A stretch of DNA of 64,000 bases from the IMG/VR virus record IMGVR_UViG_3300025867_000008, positions 1 through 64,000 of that record. One strand, 5' to 3'. The notes beneath the pieces are model-generated. The model did no database searches and was not told where the DNA came from. It worked only from the letters and a program-made list of their open reading frames with translations. Below are positions 9,901 to 18,507 of the stretch, in pieces. This stretch comes from a virus. Lineage: Duplodnaviria; Caudoviricetes. A program made the position numbers and the translations under genes. Position 1 is the stretch's first letter, and the number at the start of each line of letters is the position of its first letter.

Positions 9901-11009
9901 TTGGAAAATCTGTTGGAACATTTGTAGATTTTCTTGTAAAAATTGGTAAAAATGATATTGGAAGAGGAGAACTTAGAATACTAAGCATGACAATAAAAGC
10001 TATGATAAAAACTGCAGAAGAGCTAAGCCAAGAAGATGCCGATATATGGTCAAATTATCCTTCAGCCAAATGGGCTGAAAATGTTGGAAAATCTATAGGA
10101 ATGTTTGTTCAATATTTAACTAAAATAGAAAAGGCTGATATAGGTAGAGGAGATATGAGAACTTTAAGTAAAATAATCAACACTATGATTGATGTAGCGA
10201 GAAGATTCGCTGGAGTTGATTCTGAAATATGGACTAAATATCCTCCTAAAGAATGGTCAGTTTCTATTGAAACAGCCATAGAAGCTTTTGTTAAATCAAT
10301 AAAATCTTTAACAAAAATAGACGAAGATAAATTTAATCTTCTAGATAAAGCTGGCTGGCATATAGTTCATTTTGCTTGGCGTATGTCAATGATATCAAAA
10401 TATAGAGATTTATTTACAAAAGATGGTGTTTTTGATAATTTCAGCAATTCGATGAAAAAACTAACAGAAAGCCTTCCAACTATGGAAAAGGTTCAAGGAT
10501 TGTTAGCGTTGGGTGACGCTTTATCAAAAATAAGCTCTAAAGGTTTATCAACTGGATTCTCTATTTATATGTTATCTAGAGCTATGGAGGATTTGGGCGA
10601 AACTCTATCAGAGATTGATTTATCAGCGATGGATAAATTATCTAAATTCTCTAATGGAATGCTGGTTCTTTCTTTAATAGATGACAAAAAATTAGAAGAT
10701 ACTTTAAAAATAATTGATAAGAAAAAAGAAGATATAAAAGCCATATTATCTGATAATACTGTTGTTAGAGCAAAAGAAAAATTAGCTGGTGAAAATGTTA
10801 TACTAGCGAGAGAAACCGCGCCAACCAGAACGGAAGAAAGAGAAGATTTCTACGATAAATTATTGACAGTGGTTAAGAGCATAGATACAAATGTAGCAAT
10901 AATAGCCACAAAAGAGCCCGAAGAAGCCACTTCTGACGAAGATGGAGCATTCGCTGGCAAAGGGACTAAATTCAATGAAGAACAAACCAATAAAACCAAT
11001 AATTTTTAA
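6984..11009 (+). CDS. Tape-measure-like / long hydrophobic repeat virion protein
   Basis: 1341 aa, Ala/Gly/Leu-rich helical; about 11 repeats of 60-70 aa with (G)xYxxYPxxxWxxGVG; late-type promoter. Confidence 0.6.
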   Translation: MPILDDRYVRHLQDFTRALEGVVNLLQEDAARRNVDVVDKLLSNMNDDLKSVVKNMEVVMKTTKKIESQNDRILHEVLEARKAKETGVFGNIAEADNKRKILDAVKVITLIAAGVLAIGLAFKIIAPVNFLSVIAIGLAIVFIAGAFVMVAAVTEGMEIKDVAKISGMMVVMALGLAVSSWALAIAATLTFAKALSITFVAAVMGVSLYAIVKGIHKSGLKPADYPKILMLPLVLPLIALGLAISSFFLSRVVPLTFAQMATSVFVAAAIGMSMFFIVQALDKSKMEKKHVAQLLLLPIMVPALALGLVLSSIILKGIQPLSFMQMVSAIFVAVTIGVLVYLMKPLIEKMKSFTLKEVLLTGVLVAALAAGLVGASWILVNMKFFTIRQSMDLIVTSLAIGLAVLFLTPAVYILKKIHTNDMINAAMNIVIAAGAIMAASWLLNLGTYNNMPDPEWSLGSGLAIIAFAGIVWALDKMGLTKDYKKILFGGLAIIAISAVIMVTSLILAIGNYDEYPSLGWAMGVGLSLVAFGAAMMVLGLIIQSTGGMAAAALAIGAAATIGVAATIMATSLILGLGNYDEYPTVGWAFGVGLSLIAFGGAMMVLGGLILATGGAAVLAMTIGAVATLLVAGSIVAVSYILGLGDYGNYPDSDWATGVGLSMILFGGAMFFLGGMLGPVGYVVLGIGAISMMIVAGSIVAVSAILGSGDYTGGPTMNWALGTGALLMAVGLTSVLFAALLPLIILGSFGMKRVAQSIVDVAGILAEGDYTGGPTKEWAEGVGGAIMAFAKGIAALSEAGGGLFGRLFGGGDQSDKIIQIAEAMKIANIILGSVPWSNNYPSKEWSKGVGGAITAFADGIKKLSDADIDSGFDFIMMVSMLSWGIIRAAKILNTFDWANVKNYPKADWSRGVGEAINAFAKPLAEMAKYDVTGSDITQGIRKLSRGLIEAAKIIGKYDWSTATNYPRKDWVEGVGKSVGTFVDFLVKIGKNDIGRGELRILSMTIKAMIKTAEELSQEDADIWSNYPSAKWAENVGKSIGMFVQYLTKIEKADIGRGDMRTLSKIINTMIDVARRFAGVDSEIWTKYPPKEWSVSIETAIEAFVKSIKSLTKIDEDKFNLLDKAGWHIVHFAWRMSMISKYRDLFTKDGVFDNFSNSMKKLTESLPTMEKVQGLLALGDALSKISSKGLSTGFSIYMLSRAMEDLGETLSEIDLSAMDKLSKFSNGMLVLSLIDDKKLEDTLKIIDKKKEDIKAILSDNTVVRAKEKLAGENVILARETAPTRTEEREDFYDKLLTVVKSIDTNVAIIATKEPEEATSDEDGAFAGKGTKFNEEQTNKTNNF

Positions 11010-11035
11010 ACAATACTTACATTTTTAAATATATA
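11007..11035 (+). promoter_or_regulatory. Putative two-element promoter TAAAC-N18-TA(T/A)A (representative copy)
   Basis: Same spacing at 11007, 12698, 13701, 41596, 50397, 62979 (+) and 44731 (-). Confidence 0.5.
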
Positions 11036-11053
11036 AAGAAAAAATAATTCCTC

Positions 11054-11488
11054 ATGTTCAGTAAAATAACTGGTTATTTCAAGTATAGAAAAATAATAAA
11101 TCAAAATTTTGAAATTATATCACAACGTTATAGATTTAGATATGATAGATTTTATGGAAGATTATATACCGTTTTGAACATAACCGAAGATCGTCAAGAA
11201 GTCTTAAAAACTTATGGTTACGATTATTTAGATAATGAAGTAAAAAAATATATTACATCAATAGAAAATTTCTTTTTTTCAATTGGTTTATTAGAATTAA
11301 TATCTATCTCGAGAATAGATAGTATAGATCCTGTAAATGTCTTAATAGTTTTAAGATATAAATATAAAACACATCAAAGAATTTTATATATTGTTCTAGG
11401 CATATTAAGTTTGATTGGAGCTGCTGCGGTTGGAGCTGGGTTGGTTAAATTAATTATATTTTTAATAAACTTTATTATGGCCCTTTAA
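11054..11488 (+). CDS. Hypothetical membrane protein
   Basis: C-terminal hydrophobic segment ILYIVLGILSLIGAAAVGAGLVKLIIFLINFIMAL. Confidence 0.7.
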   Translation: MFSKITGYFKYRKIINQNFEIISQRYRFRYDRFYGRLYTVLNITEDRQEVLKTYGYDYLDNEVKKYITSIENFFFSIGLLELISISRIDSIDPVNVLIVLRYKYKTHQRILYIVLGILSLIGAAAVGAGLVKLIIFLINFIMAL

Positions 11489-11498
11489 TATAAGATTT

Positions 11499-11699
11499 AT
11501 GTCAATTTATTGTCCGTTATGCGGTAATTGTCAAATAGACGCGGATGAAAAAACGTCCATAGAGAAAAATGCATTAGTGCTTAAATGTACTATATGCAAT
11601 TGGAAAGGAGCAATGGATGAATTGGTTACTATTGGAGAAGTTAAAAATAAAAAAAGAACAGAATTGATTGACAAAATGATAAAAATTAAAAAAATATAA
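11499..11699 (+). CDS. Small zinc-ribbon protein
   Basis: CPLCG...CTICNW. Confidence 0.65.
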   Translation: MSIYCPLCGNCQIDADEKTSIEKNALVLKCTICNWKGAMDELVTIGEVKNKKRTELIDKMIKIKKI

Positions 11700-11716
11700 A
11701 AAATAATATTAAATAT

Positions 11717-12172
11717 ATGGCTAAAGAACAATATGAAAGTCTAAGTGATGAAATTATTGCTTATTTCAAAAAAGTAGAAAAACAATTTGCAATGCCAATG
11801 GACGTTAAGTTTGTATTTGTTGCAAATTCTAAGCAAAAGAGAATGATTAAAATTTCAAAAATAACCGACATATACAGTTATTTATTGGATGCTGATTTAT
11901 TAGTAGTTTTTAATGAAGAATATTTTAACAATTTTGATGAGCAAACTCGTCAAATTTTAACCGAACAAGAAATTGATATGATAGAGTTTGATTTAGATAA
12001 AGGAACTATTAAAATAAAAGAACCCGAAATCAATACATCGAGCGGTATCATAGAAAAATTCTCTCTAAAATTAGTTGAAAATGCTAATAAACTTCAAAAG
12101 GAATTTGAAAAGCAGAAAAAAGATAAAAAAGAGCAAGAAAGCCAAGTAATTCCAAAGGCTAGAAGAAGATAA
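11717..12172 (+). CDS. Hypothetical, possibly an inactive homologue of small phage metallopeptidases
   Basis: DLLVVFNEEYF...QTRQILTEQEIDMI where HExxH would be expected; by-eye resemblance only. Confidence 0.35.
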   Translation: MAKEQYESLSDEIIAYFKKVEKQFAMPMDVKFVFVANSKQKRMIKISKITDIYSYLLDADLLVVFNEEYFNNFDEQTRQILTEQEIDMIEFDLDKGTIKIKEPEINTSSGIIEKFSLKLVENANKLQKEFEKQKKDKKEQESQVIPKARRR

Positions 12173-12189
12173 ATCAAAAAAGAAAAAAT

Positions 12190-12694
12190 AAAGGGTGTCA
12201 AACAAAAAAAATAATTTGACAAAAAATGAATGCAATTTTATTGACAATTTTGTTGACCGTGTTGGGTGTGTGTCTAGTTGTGTATTTTACATGGCTGGGT
12301 ATAACGTCTTATAAGTTGATGAAATTTAAAACAAAAACAGAAGGCGCTATAATGCACATGGAAAGATGGATTAATGACAATCATGAATCAGTTTATAAAG
12401 AGATGGAGATTATTAGAAATGATCTAGCTAAAATCATAGATGATAATAATAACGCCATTCATCAGAGATTAACAAACGAAGTAACAGAACTAATTAACTC
12501 TATTGATGAATTAGATAGAAAAATTGACTCAAGAGTCGATAAATTAAATGAAAAAGTTGAAGGCCATTACAATCTACTAAAGGAAACACAAAAGAATGTA
12601 GAAAAAGTTTCAAGTGAAGCAAACCTGGTTTATAAAACCGGATGTGGGGAAAAAACATGGACTGTAAAATAAAAATAAATATTTGACACCCTTT
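12190..12694. repeat. 13-bp perfect inverted repeat bracketing one gene
   Basis: AAAGGGTGTCAAA (12190-12202) and TTTGACACCCTTT (12682-12694). Confidence 0.8.
12226..12672 (+). CDS. N-terminally membrane-anchored coiled-coil protein
   Basis: MNAILLTILLTVLGVCLVVYFTWLG then heptads. Confidence 0.75.
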   Translation: MNAILLTILLTVLGVCLVVYFTWLGITSYKLMKFKTKTEGAIMHMERWINDNHESVYKEMEIIRNDLAKIIDDNNNAIHQRLTNEVTELINSIDELDRKIDSRVDKLNEKVEGHYNLLKETQKNVEKVSSEANLVYKTGCGEKTWTVK

Positions 12695-12747
12695 TATTAA
12701 ACTTTATTTATTTGAAAAAATATAATTAAAAAAAATAAAATATAACT

Positions 12748-13644
12748 ATGGATAACACAGAACTAAAAGATTTTATAATTGGCGATACCAAAGTATCATC
12801 AGAAGAAGTTTCTATACCTTTTTCTACAGACAAATTAGAAAGTTTTGATTTTGCTTCTACCGAAGATTTCAACATAGATGAAAATTATGAGCTTGTTGAA
12901 GTCGTGAAGAAAGAGAAAGAAGACGAATCAATGAAAGAATTGATAAAATTAAGGGAAGCTAAAAACATCATAGAAAAAGATGCTAAGATATTTTTAAATC
13001 CTGAATTTGTTGATAAATTTAATAAAGAAGAGGAGAATCTTTTAAATCTTATTAAAAAATATGATCCGAACATAGATGAAGTGAGGAACATGCCAGAAGA
13101 TAAAAAAGATAAAATATATGAAATAGCGCAATATTTATTTAATGTTTATCAAAAGAAATTGAATTTATTGTTGTTTAATTTTCCTCTCACAAAAGATGAG
13201 GCAAAATTTATGTTTAATGTTTTTAGAAATAAATTAGAATACGATCAAAATGAAGTTTTCCAAATGAAAGAACTTAAAGAAAATTATCTCGATAAAGAAT
13301 TCGATAAGTTGGAAAATGGAGATTATATGACATATATAAATGTTAATGACCTTATCGTCTTTTATCATCTTATTTCAAAATACAAGGTAAAAGGAATCAC
13401 ACAGGAGCATTATGATTATCTGCAAATTCTTACTAAGATTGGCGAGCGTATAAAGCTTTTCAACGCTTATAACGTTGTTGTTCAACGTCTTAGTAATGAC
13501 TTTCAATTGTGGGGTGGGGCATTAACTGTTGAGGGAGAATTAGGAGGAAAGGTTTTAGAACCACAAGGACAAACAATAAGTGATGTCAATTCATCAGAGC
13601 CTTTACATGTAGTAAACGAAGAAACAGGTGAAGTAATCAAGTGA
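12748..13644 (+). CDS. Hypothetical protein
   Basis: 298-aa ORF with promoter-like upstream region and a terminator after it. Confidence 0.75.
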   Translation: MDNTELKDFIIGDTKVSSEEVSIPFSTDKLESFDFASTEDFNIDENYELVEVVKKEKEDESMKELIKLREAKNIIEKDAKIFLNPEFVDKFNKEEENLLNLIKKYDPNIDEVRNMPEDKKDKIYEIAQYLFNVYQKKLNLLLFNFPLTKDEAKFMFNVFRNKLEYDQNEVFQMKELKENYLDKEFDKLENGDYMTYINVNDLIVFYHLISKYKVKGITQEHYDYLQILTKIGERIKLFNAYNVVVQRLSNDFQLWGGALTVEGELGGKVLEPQGQTISDVNSSEPLHVVNEETGEVIK

Positions 13645-13667
13645 TTGCTTCCTTATCGGGAACCTGT

Positions 13668-13697
13668 AAAAAGGGGTCAGTAATTGACCCCTTTTTT
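13668..13697 (+). terminator. Intrinsic terminator
   Basis: AAAAAGGGGTCA-gtaat-TGACCCCTTTTTT. Confidence 0.8.
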
Positions 13698-13748
13698 ATT
13701 TAAACTTTTATAATATTTTTTAGTAAAAATAACAAAAAGGAAAAAGAT

Positions 13749-14066
13749 ATGTTATTTAATGAATTAATAAATTTTTATGAAGATGCAAACAAAAATTTTA
13801 ATGAATCTCGCGGTTTATTGAAAATTTGTTTAGAAAAGAAAACTTATGAAAAGACTCCTCAAATAGATGAGAGAATGAAAAATTATAAGGATATTGGAAA
13901 TAAATTAAAATTCATTTTGCGTGAATATTTTAAAGCGGATGTAGAATCTGAAATTCAAAAACTTGAAAAAGAATGCGAAAAAGAACACGATATGGCTGGA
14001 GATTTTAACATCGGTGAAGTAAAAGCACAAAAGAAATTGGAATTAATGAAAGGAATATTGAAATGA
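13749..14066 (+). CDS. Hypothetical protein
   Basis: 105-aa ORF, first gene of an operon. Confidence 0.65.
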   Translation: MLFNELINFYEDANKNFNESRGLLKICLEKKTYEKTPQIDERMKNYKDIGNKLKFILREYFKADVESEIQKLEKECEKEHDMAGDFNIGEVKAQKKLELMKGILK

Positions 14067-14416
14067 TTACCATTAAAGATATAAAAGATGGAGATCCAAT
14101 AAATGGTCCTGAAGTTTTGGAATATGAAACCATAACTAGACCAAAATATATTAGAACAAGAATCATCATTGATTATACTGATTGGTTTGAAAGTTGGCAT
14201 TTTCTTCCAAAAGAAAAATATGGACAACACCACGGCGAACAAGCATGGCTTATATCATCTGGACAATTCAATTGGGTGATATTAGATGATGGAAGTAAGT
14301 TTTCTGTTCATCCTGATAATTATAAATACGCTAGCGTATATAAAGCCGAGTCTTATATTGATAATAGTTTAACTGATATGGAAAAAATATATGGAAAAGG
14401 TTGGGGTAAAAAATAA
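14063..14416 (+). CDS. Hypothetical protein
   Basis: 117-aa ORF, ATGA overlap. Confidence 0.65.
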   Translation: MITIKDIKDGDPINGPEVLEYETITRPKYIRTRIIIDYTDWFESWHFLPKEKYGQHHGEQAWLISSGQFNWVILDDGSKFSVHPDNYKYASVYKAESYIDNSLTDMEKIYGKGWGKK

Positions 14417-14429
14417 AAAGAACAATTGA

Positions 14430-14870
14430 ATGAAAATAAAAATAGTAAATAAATCAAATAACGAAATACCATCATACGCCACAGAACATTCTGCGGGGAT
14501 GGATTTAAGAGCATATCTTCCTGATCAAGAATATCTTATTCTTTCTCCTGGACACAGATATATGATACATACAGGATTATATATTGAGTTACCCGAAGGA
14601 TATGAAGCTCAAGTTAGACCCAGAAGTGGTTTGGCTATTAAAAATGGTATAACAGTTATAAATACACCTGGCACTGTTGATGCTGACTATCGTGGCGAAG
14701 TTTGTGTCTTGATTATAAATCACGGTACAGAAACATTTATAGTTTATAATGGCGATAGAATAGCTCAAATGATCATAAATAAATATGAAAAAGCTGAATG
14801 GGAAATAGTGGAAGATTTGTCTGAAACAGAGAGAGGATCTGGCGGATTCAATTCAACTGGAACAAAATAA
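14430..14870 (+). CDS. dut: Trimeric dUTP diphosphatase
   Basis: Motifs AGMDL, PRSGLA, GTVDADYRGE, GDRIAQ, RGSGGFNSTG. Confidence 0.97.
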   Translation: MKIKIVNKSNNEIPSYATEHSAGMDLRAYLPDQEYLILSPGHRYMIHTGLYIELPEGYEAQVRPRSGLAIKNGITVINTPGTVDADYRGEVCVLIINHGTETFIVYNGDRIAQMIINKYEKAEWEIVEDLSETERGSGGFNSTGTK

Positions 14871-14886
14871 AAAATAATTAAAAAAT

Positions 14887-15249
14887 ATGTTAGAAATAGG
14901 AAAATGTTATGAGCATAAATCTGGTAAACAGATTCATGTTTGCGGTAAAGCTAAAACCGCTAGATATGGTGAATGTTTAATAGGCGAAGAAGGGTGGAAT
15001 CCTAATAAATCAGAAACAATTAATCCCGATATTAGAAGAATCCATAGATTAAATAAAAATACTGGATGGGGATTAATAGAAATTCCAGAAAGTAAATATA
15101 TCAATGATAAAAATGAAGTAGTGGTAGATAGACTTATATTCTCTAACATGAATGAGCACGATTTACACTCGGGAGATTGGAAAGAGATTTCTTTTCAATA
15201 CTTTATTAAGTGTAATTTTGAATATAATTGGAAAGAATATGATATGTAA
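14887..15249 (+). CDS. Hypothetical protein
   Basis: 120-aa ORF in operon. Confidence 0.6.
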   Translation: MLEIGKCYEHKSGKQIHVCGKAKTARYGECLIGEEGWNPNKSETINPDIRRIHRLNKNTGWGLIEIPESKYINDKNEVVVDRLIFSNMNEHDLHSGDWKEISFQYFIKCNFEYNWKEYDM

Positions 15250-15778
15250 TAGTGGCGGAGCACAGGGGGCAGATTCGATATTTGAATTATATTGCGCTAA
15301 AAACGGAATAGAAGTTATTGCTTGGAGTTTTGATGGGCACAACACAAAATCTCCAGTTAGAAAAATCTTAACGAAAGATGAATTAGATGAAGGTTTTGAA
15401 CATGTAAAAATTGCCAATAAGACTCTTAAAAGAATGATATATGGATTAAAACCATATGTTAAAAAGTTGTTGTCTAGAAATTGGTTTCAAGTTAAAAATT
15501 CAGAAGCTATATATGCAATTAGTACAATAAGAGATGATTTTCAACAAGTGGATGGAGGAACAGGATGGGCTATAATGGAAGGTGTTGACAATCATAAAAG
15601 TATATATGTTTTTGAACAAAACTTAAATTCGTGGTTTAAGTATAATTATGATATTTGTAAGTTTGAAAAATATGATTTTATTCCAAAATTAACAAATACT
15701 TTTGCTGGTGTAGGAACTCGCGATATAAATCAAAATGGTATAAATGCGATTAAAGAATTATTGAAAAACGGAAAATAA
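15239..15778 (+). CDS. SLOG-superfamily (DprA/YspA-like) nucleotide-binding protein
   Basis: Start moved to MICNSGGAQGAD; SGGAxGAD, RN, GGTGWA, FAGVGTR motifs. Confidence 0.65.
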   Translation: MICNSGGAQGADSIFELYCAKNGIEVIAWSFDGHNTKSPVRKILTKDELDEGFEHVKIANKTLKRMIYGLKPYVKKLLSRNWFQVKNSEAIYAISTIRDDFQQVDGGTGWAIMEGVDNHKSIYVFEQNLNSWFKYNYDICKFEKYDFIPKLTNTFAGVGTRDINQNGINAIKELLKNGK

Positions 15779-15792
15779 AATAAAAATGAAAA

Positions 15793-16179
15793 ATGGAAGA
15801 AAAAATAAAAAATATAAAAATTCTTTTAGAATTAAATGGTGGAACAAAAGCTGACTCCAAAGCAGCGAACGCTATAATAAACGCTATAAAACATTTGGTT
15901 CCAAATTTTAAAGAAGAAAATATTAATTCTGAAGAGCTAGAAAATATAGTTAATGATATGCAAGAACAAATAATTCCAATATATGACAAGCATTTTACTA
16001 ATGATGAGATACTTGGAATTATTGAATTTTACAAAAGCCCAATAGGACAATCATATCTTAATAAGATGAGCAGAGTTGCTATGGAAAGTATGCAAGTTGG
16101 AAATAAATATGGTGAAATTATCTATAACAAATTGATGAAATTATCAAAAACTGAAGAACCTCCAATCGCTTCCAATTAA
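15793..16179 (+). CDS. DUF2059-like protein
   Basis: IYDKHFTNDEILGIIEFYKSPIGQ. Confidence 0.75.
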   Translation: MEEKIKNIKILLELNGGTKADSKAANAIINAIKHLVPNFKEENINSEELENIVNDMQEQIIPIYDKHFTNDEILGIIEFYKSPIGQSYLNKMSRVAMESMQVGNKYGEIIYNKLMKLSKTEEPPIASN

Positions 16180-16656
16180 TTATTTTTTCAATTCATCTCG
16201 AATTTGCATAAGAAGTTTTCCCAACATATTCTTACCTTCTATGTTTTTACAAGCATCACACGTACAATTTCCGAAAATATTATCATGCCAATAATTCCCT
16301 TCAACTAATTTTTTATCATCTGTATCCATCAGAAGTTTGGCGAGCATGGTGTCTGAAAATTTAGCTCTTAAAAGATCCAACATTAAATCAAATTTTATTT
16401 GTTCCCAATCCTTACGCTTACTAACAGTTCTTCCAGCACGCTTTGCTTTTGCAGGTGTATCTAGATTTCGAACATACTCGTGTTCGGCCTCATTATCAGC
16501 TTTAAACGCTTGATAAGCATGCTCGGTTGATCGGTATTCTTTTGATTGCCAAGTTGTTAACCAAGGACCTCCAGTGCTATCCGGTGTTGGATAAGAGAAG
16601 GTGTGAGGATAAAAATTGCTCAAAAAGTGATAATAATCTGAAAATTTGTCTATCAT
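16180..16656 (-). CDS. NADAR (YbiA-like) family protein
   Basis: FLSNFY, STEHAYQA, AKRAGR, LVE, DNIFG, GKNMLGKLLMQIR. Confidence 0.9.
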   Translation of the reverse strand: MIDKFSDYYHFLSNFYPHTFSYPTPDSTGGPWLTTWQSKEYRSTEHAYQAFKADNEAEHEYVRNLDTPAKAKRAGRTVSKRKDWEQIKFDLMLDLLRAKFSDTMLAKLLMDTDDKKLVEGNYWHDNIFGNCTCDACKNIEGKNMLGKLLMQIRDELKK

Positions 16657-16668
16657 GTCACGTATATA

Positions 16669-16860
16669 TTAAAATACACAAATATTACTTTCCAATATTT
16701 TTTTTATTTTATGCACATCTTCGTCTTTGAAAGTCCATCCATAATCAGGATGCTTTAAAATGAATCCATAAGAATAAAGGATTTGAATAAAAGCAGAATA
16801 TATCGTAATAACTTGTCCGCTTGGAATTCCAGTTAATTCTATGGTATATGATAAAGGCAT
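16669..16860 (-). CDS. Small GIPSG-family protein
   Basis: ELTGIPSGQVITI...WTFKDED. Confidence 0.7.
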   Translation of the reverse strand: MPLSYTIELTGIPSGQVITIYSAFIQILYSYGFILKHPDYGWTFKDEDVHKIKKILESNICVF

Positions 16861-16868
16861 TGAAAATA

Positions 16869-17078
16869 TTATTTTATACGTAATTCTACTTCTTTTCTAA
16901 ATTTTTCATTGAAATACCAAAATTCTTTATCTTTAGTTCCATCAAATTTGATCAAATCATTTTCGTATAAATTGTAAAGCTGAATTTCGTTTATATAAAA
17001 AACTTCTCCACTTGGAATACCAACAAGCGTATAAGTATAGTTTCCAGTTTCACCGGTTTCATAAAATAAAACACCCAT
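16869..17078 (-). CDS. Small GIPSG-family protein
   Basis: TLVGIPSGEVFYI...WYFNE. Confidence 0.7.
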   Translation of the reverse strand: MGVLFYETGETGNYTYTLVGIPSGEVFYINEIQLYNLYENDLIKFDGTKDKEFWYFNEKFRKEVELRIK

Positions 17079-17164
17079 CGTTATCCAGTATATATTATGT
17101 TACAAAAATAAAAAAACTTTTTGAAATAAAAAAATAATATATAGATCAAATTGACTTACTTATC

Positions 17165-18478
17165 ATGGATTATATAAAATCATACAATCAAATAAACGAA
17201 GAATTAAAAAGAACACTTTCACCAGCAAGACTTAAAAAACAACGCGAAGATGAAGATCAGGAAATTCTTGCTAAAACTCCAGCCGATCTATTTACCGCAG
17301 ATGAAATGAGAGATCTTAACAAGGAAGATTTTACAATCCAAGATGATAAAAAAGAAGCCAAGTGTGTTGAAAAATATCATACTTTTGTTATAAAAAAGAG
17401 TCTTGGATTAAATGACGAAGTTGTATATACTTTAATTGTTACAAATAATAAAGACGGGAAAGTCGAATATGAAAGGAAAATAAATGTAACAAAAAGATCT
17501 CAGCATCGCGATACTCTTGATTTTATGTTAGATAAGTGCGCTTATATTATTCATAACATGAAAGAAAAAGCAATGAAAGAGTTAGATCCTTACGGTGAAG
17601 AATCTTGGGAAGAAAGTGAAAAAGATAAAATAATTGCTAGAAGAGCTGGCGTTTTAGCCGAGCCTGAAATTCCAAAAGAAGAACCAAAGAAAAAAAAGAC
17701 AGGGCGACACTATGTTGTTAAACTCGGCGGCTGGAAGGAAGTGGAAGAAGACGAAGACGAAGACGAAGACATATATAAAGGAAAAAAGAAAAAATTAGTT
17801 TTGCCAGAAATTCCAGTAACAGATGAGCAGTTACCAGAAGAAGAAAAAAATAGGATAGAATGTCCTGTGTGTGGTGGAACTGGAGAAATAGTTAATATGG
17901 ATGATGAAGTATGTGACGAATGTGGAGGAGATGGAAAGATAGATGGTCATGATTGTGACGAATGTGACGGATCTGGATATGTTGAAGTAGAAATAAATGA
18001 GCCTTGTGAAGAATGTGGTGGAAGCGGATTTATAGAAGAAAAAATTCCAAAAAAGAGGAAGAAGAAAACAGATACAAAGAAAAAAGTTACAAATTGGTAT
18101 GATGATCTAGGACCACTTCCAGCATACACAACATATGAAGAAGGGTATGAAGAATGTCCTCATTGTGGAGGAACAGGAAAAGGACATTATTATGATTGTG
18201 GATTTTGTCATGGAACAGGTACTCAAAAATCTTCACCAAAGAAAATAAAAATCACAGGACTTGGTGGAAAAAAATTAAAGGAAGAAACGGTTCCAAAGGC
18301 GTCAAAATCAGGAAAAAAATATAAAGAAATTGAATGTTATATCTGTAAGGGGTGGGGAACTGTTAATGGAAAAGAATGTTACGGTTGTAGCGGCACAGGC
18401 AGGAGAAAAGTAGATGCGGACTATGAAGGTCCCACATGGAGTATAGGAGGAGCATCAGATATAACATATGGATCATAA
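17165..18478 (+). CDS. Protein with 8 DnaJ-type CxxCxGxG repeats, no J domain; CTS-like leader plus DPYGEESW
   Basis: CPVCGGTG, CDECGGDG, CDECDGSG, CEECGGSG, CPHCGGTG, CGFCHGTG, CYICKGWG, CYGCSGTG; no HPD motif. Confidence 0.75.
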   Translation: MDYIKSYNQINEELKRTLSPARLKKQREDEDQEILAKTPADLFTADEMRDLNKEDFTIQDDKKEAKCVEKYHTFVIKKSLGLNDEVVYTLIVTNNKDGKVEYERKINVTKRSQHRDTLDFMLDKCAYIIHNMKEKAMKELDPYGEESWEESEKDKIIARRAGVLAEPEIPKEEPKKKKTGRHYVVKLGGWKEVEEDEDEDEDIYKGKKKKLVLPEIPVTDEQLPEEEKNRIECPVCGGTGEIVNMDDEVCDECGGDGKIDGHDCDECDGSGYVEVEINEPCEECGGSGFIEEKIPKKRKKKTDTKKKVTNWYDDLGPLPAYTTYEEGYEECPHCGGTGKGHYYDCGFCHGTGTQKSSPKKIKITGLGGKKLKEETVPKASKSGKKYKEIECYICKGWGTVNGKECYGCSGTGRRKVDADYEGPTWSIGGASDITYGS

Positions 18479-18507
18479 AAAAGAGGGAGTTTAGCTCCCT
18501 CTTTTTT
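18477..18507. terminator. Bidirectional intrinsic terminator
   Basis: AAAAAAGAGGGAG-tttag-CTCCCTCTTTTTT between convergent genes. Confidence 0.85.
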
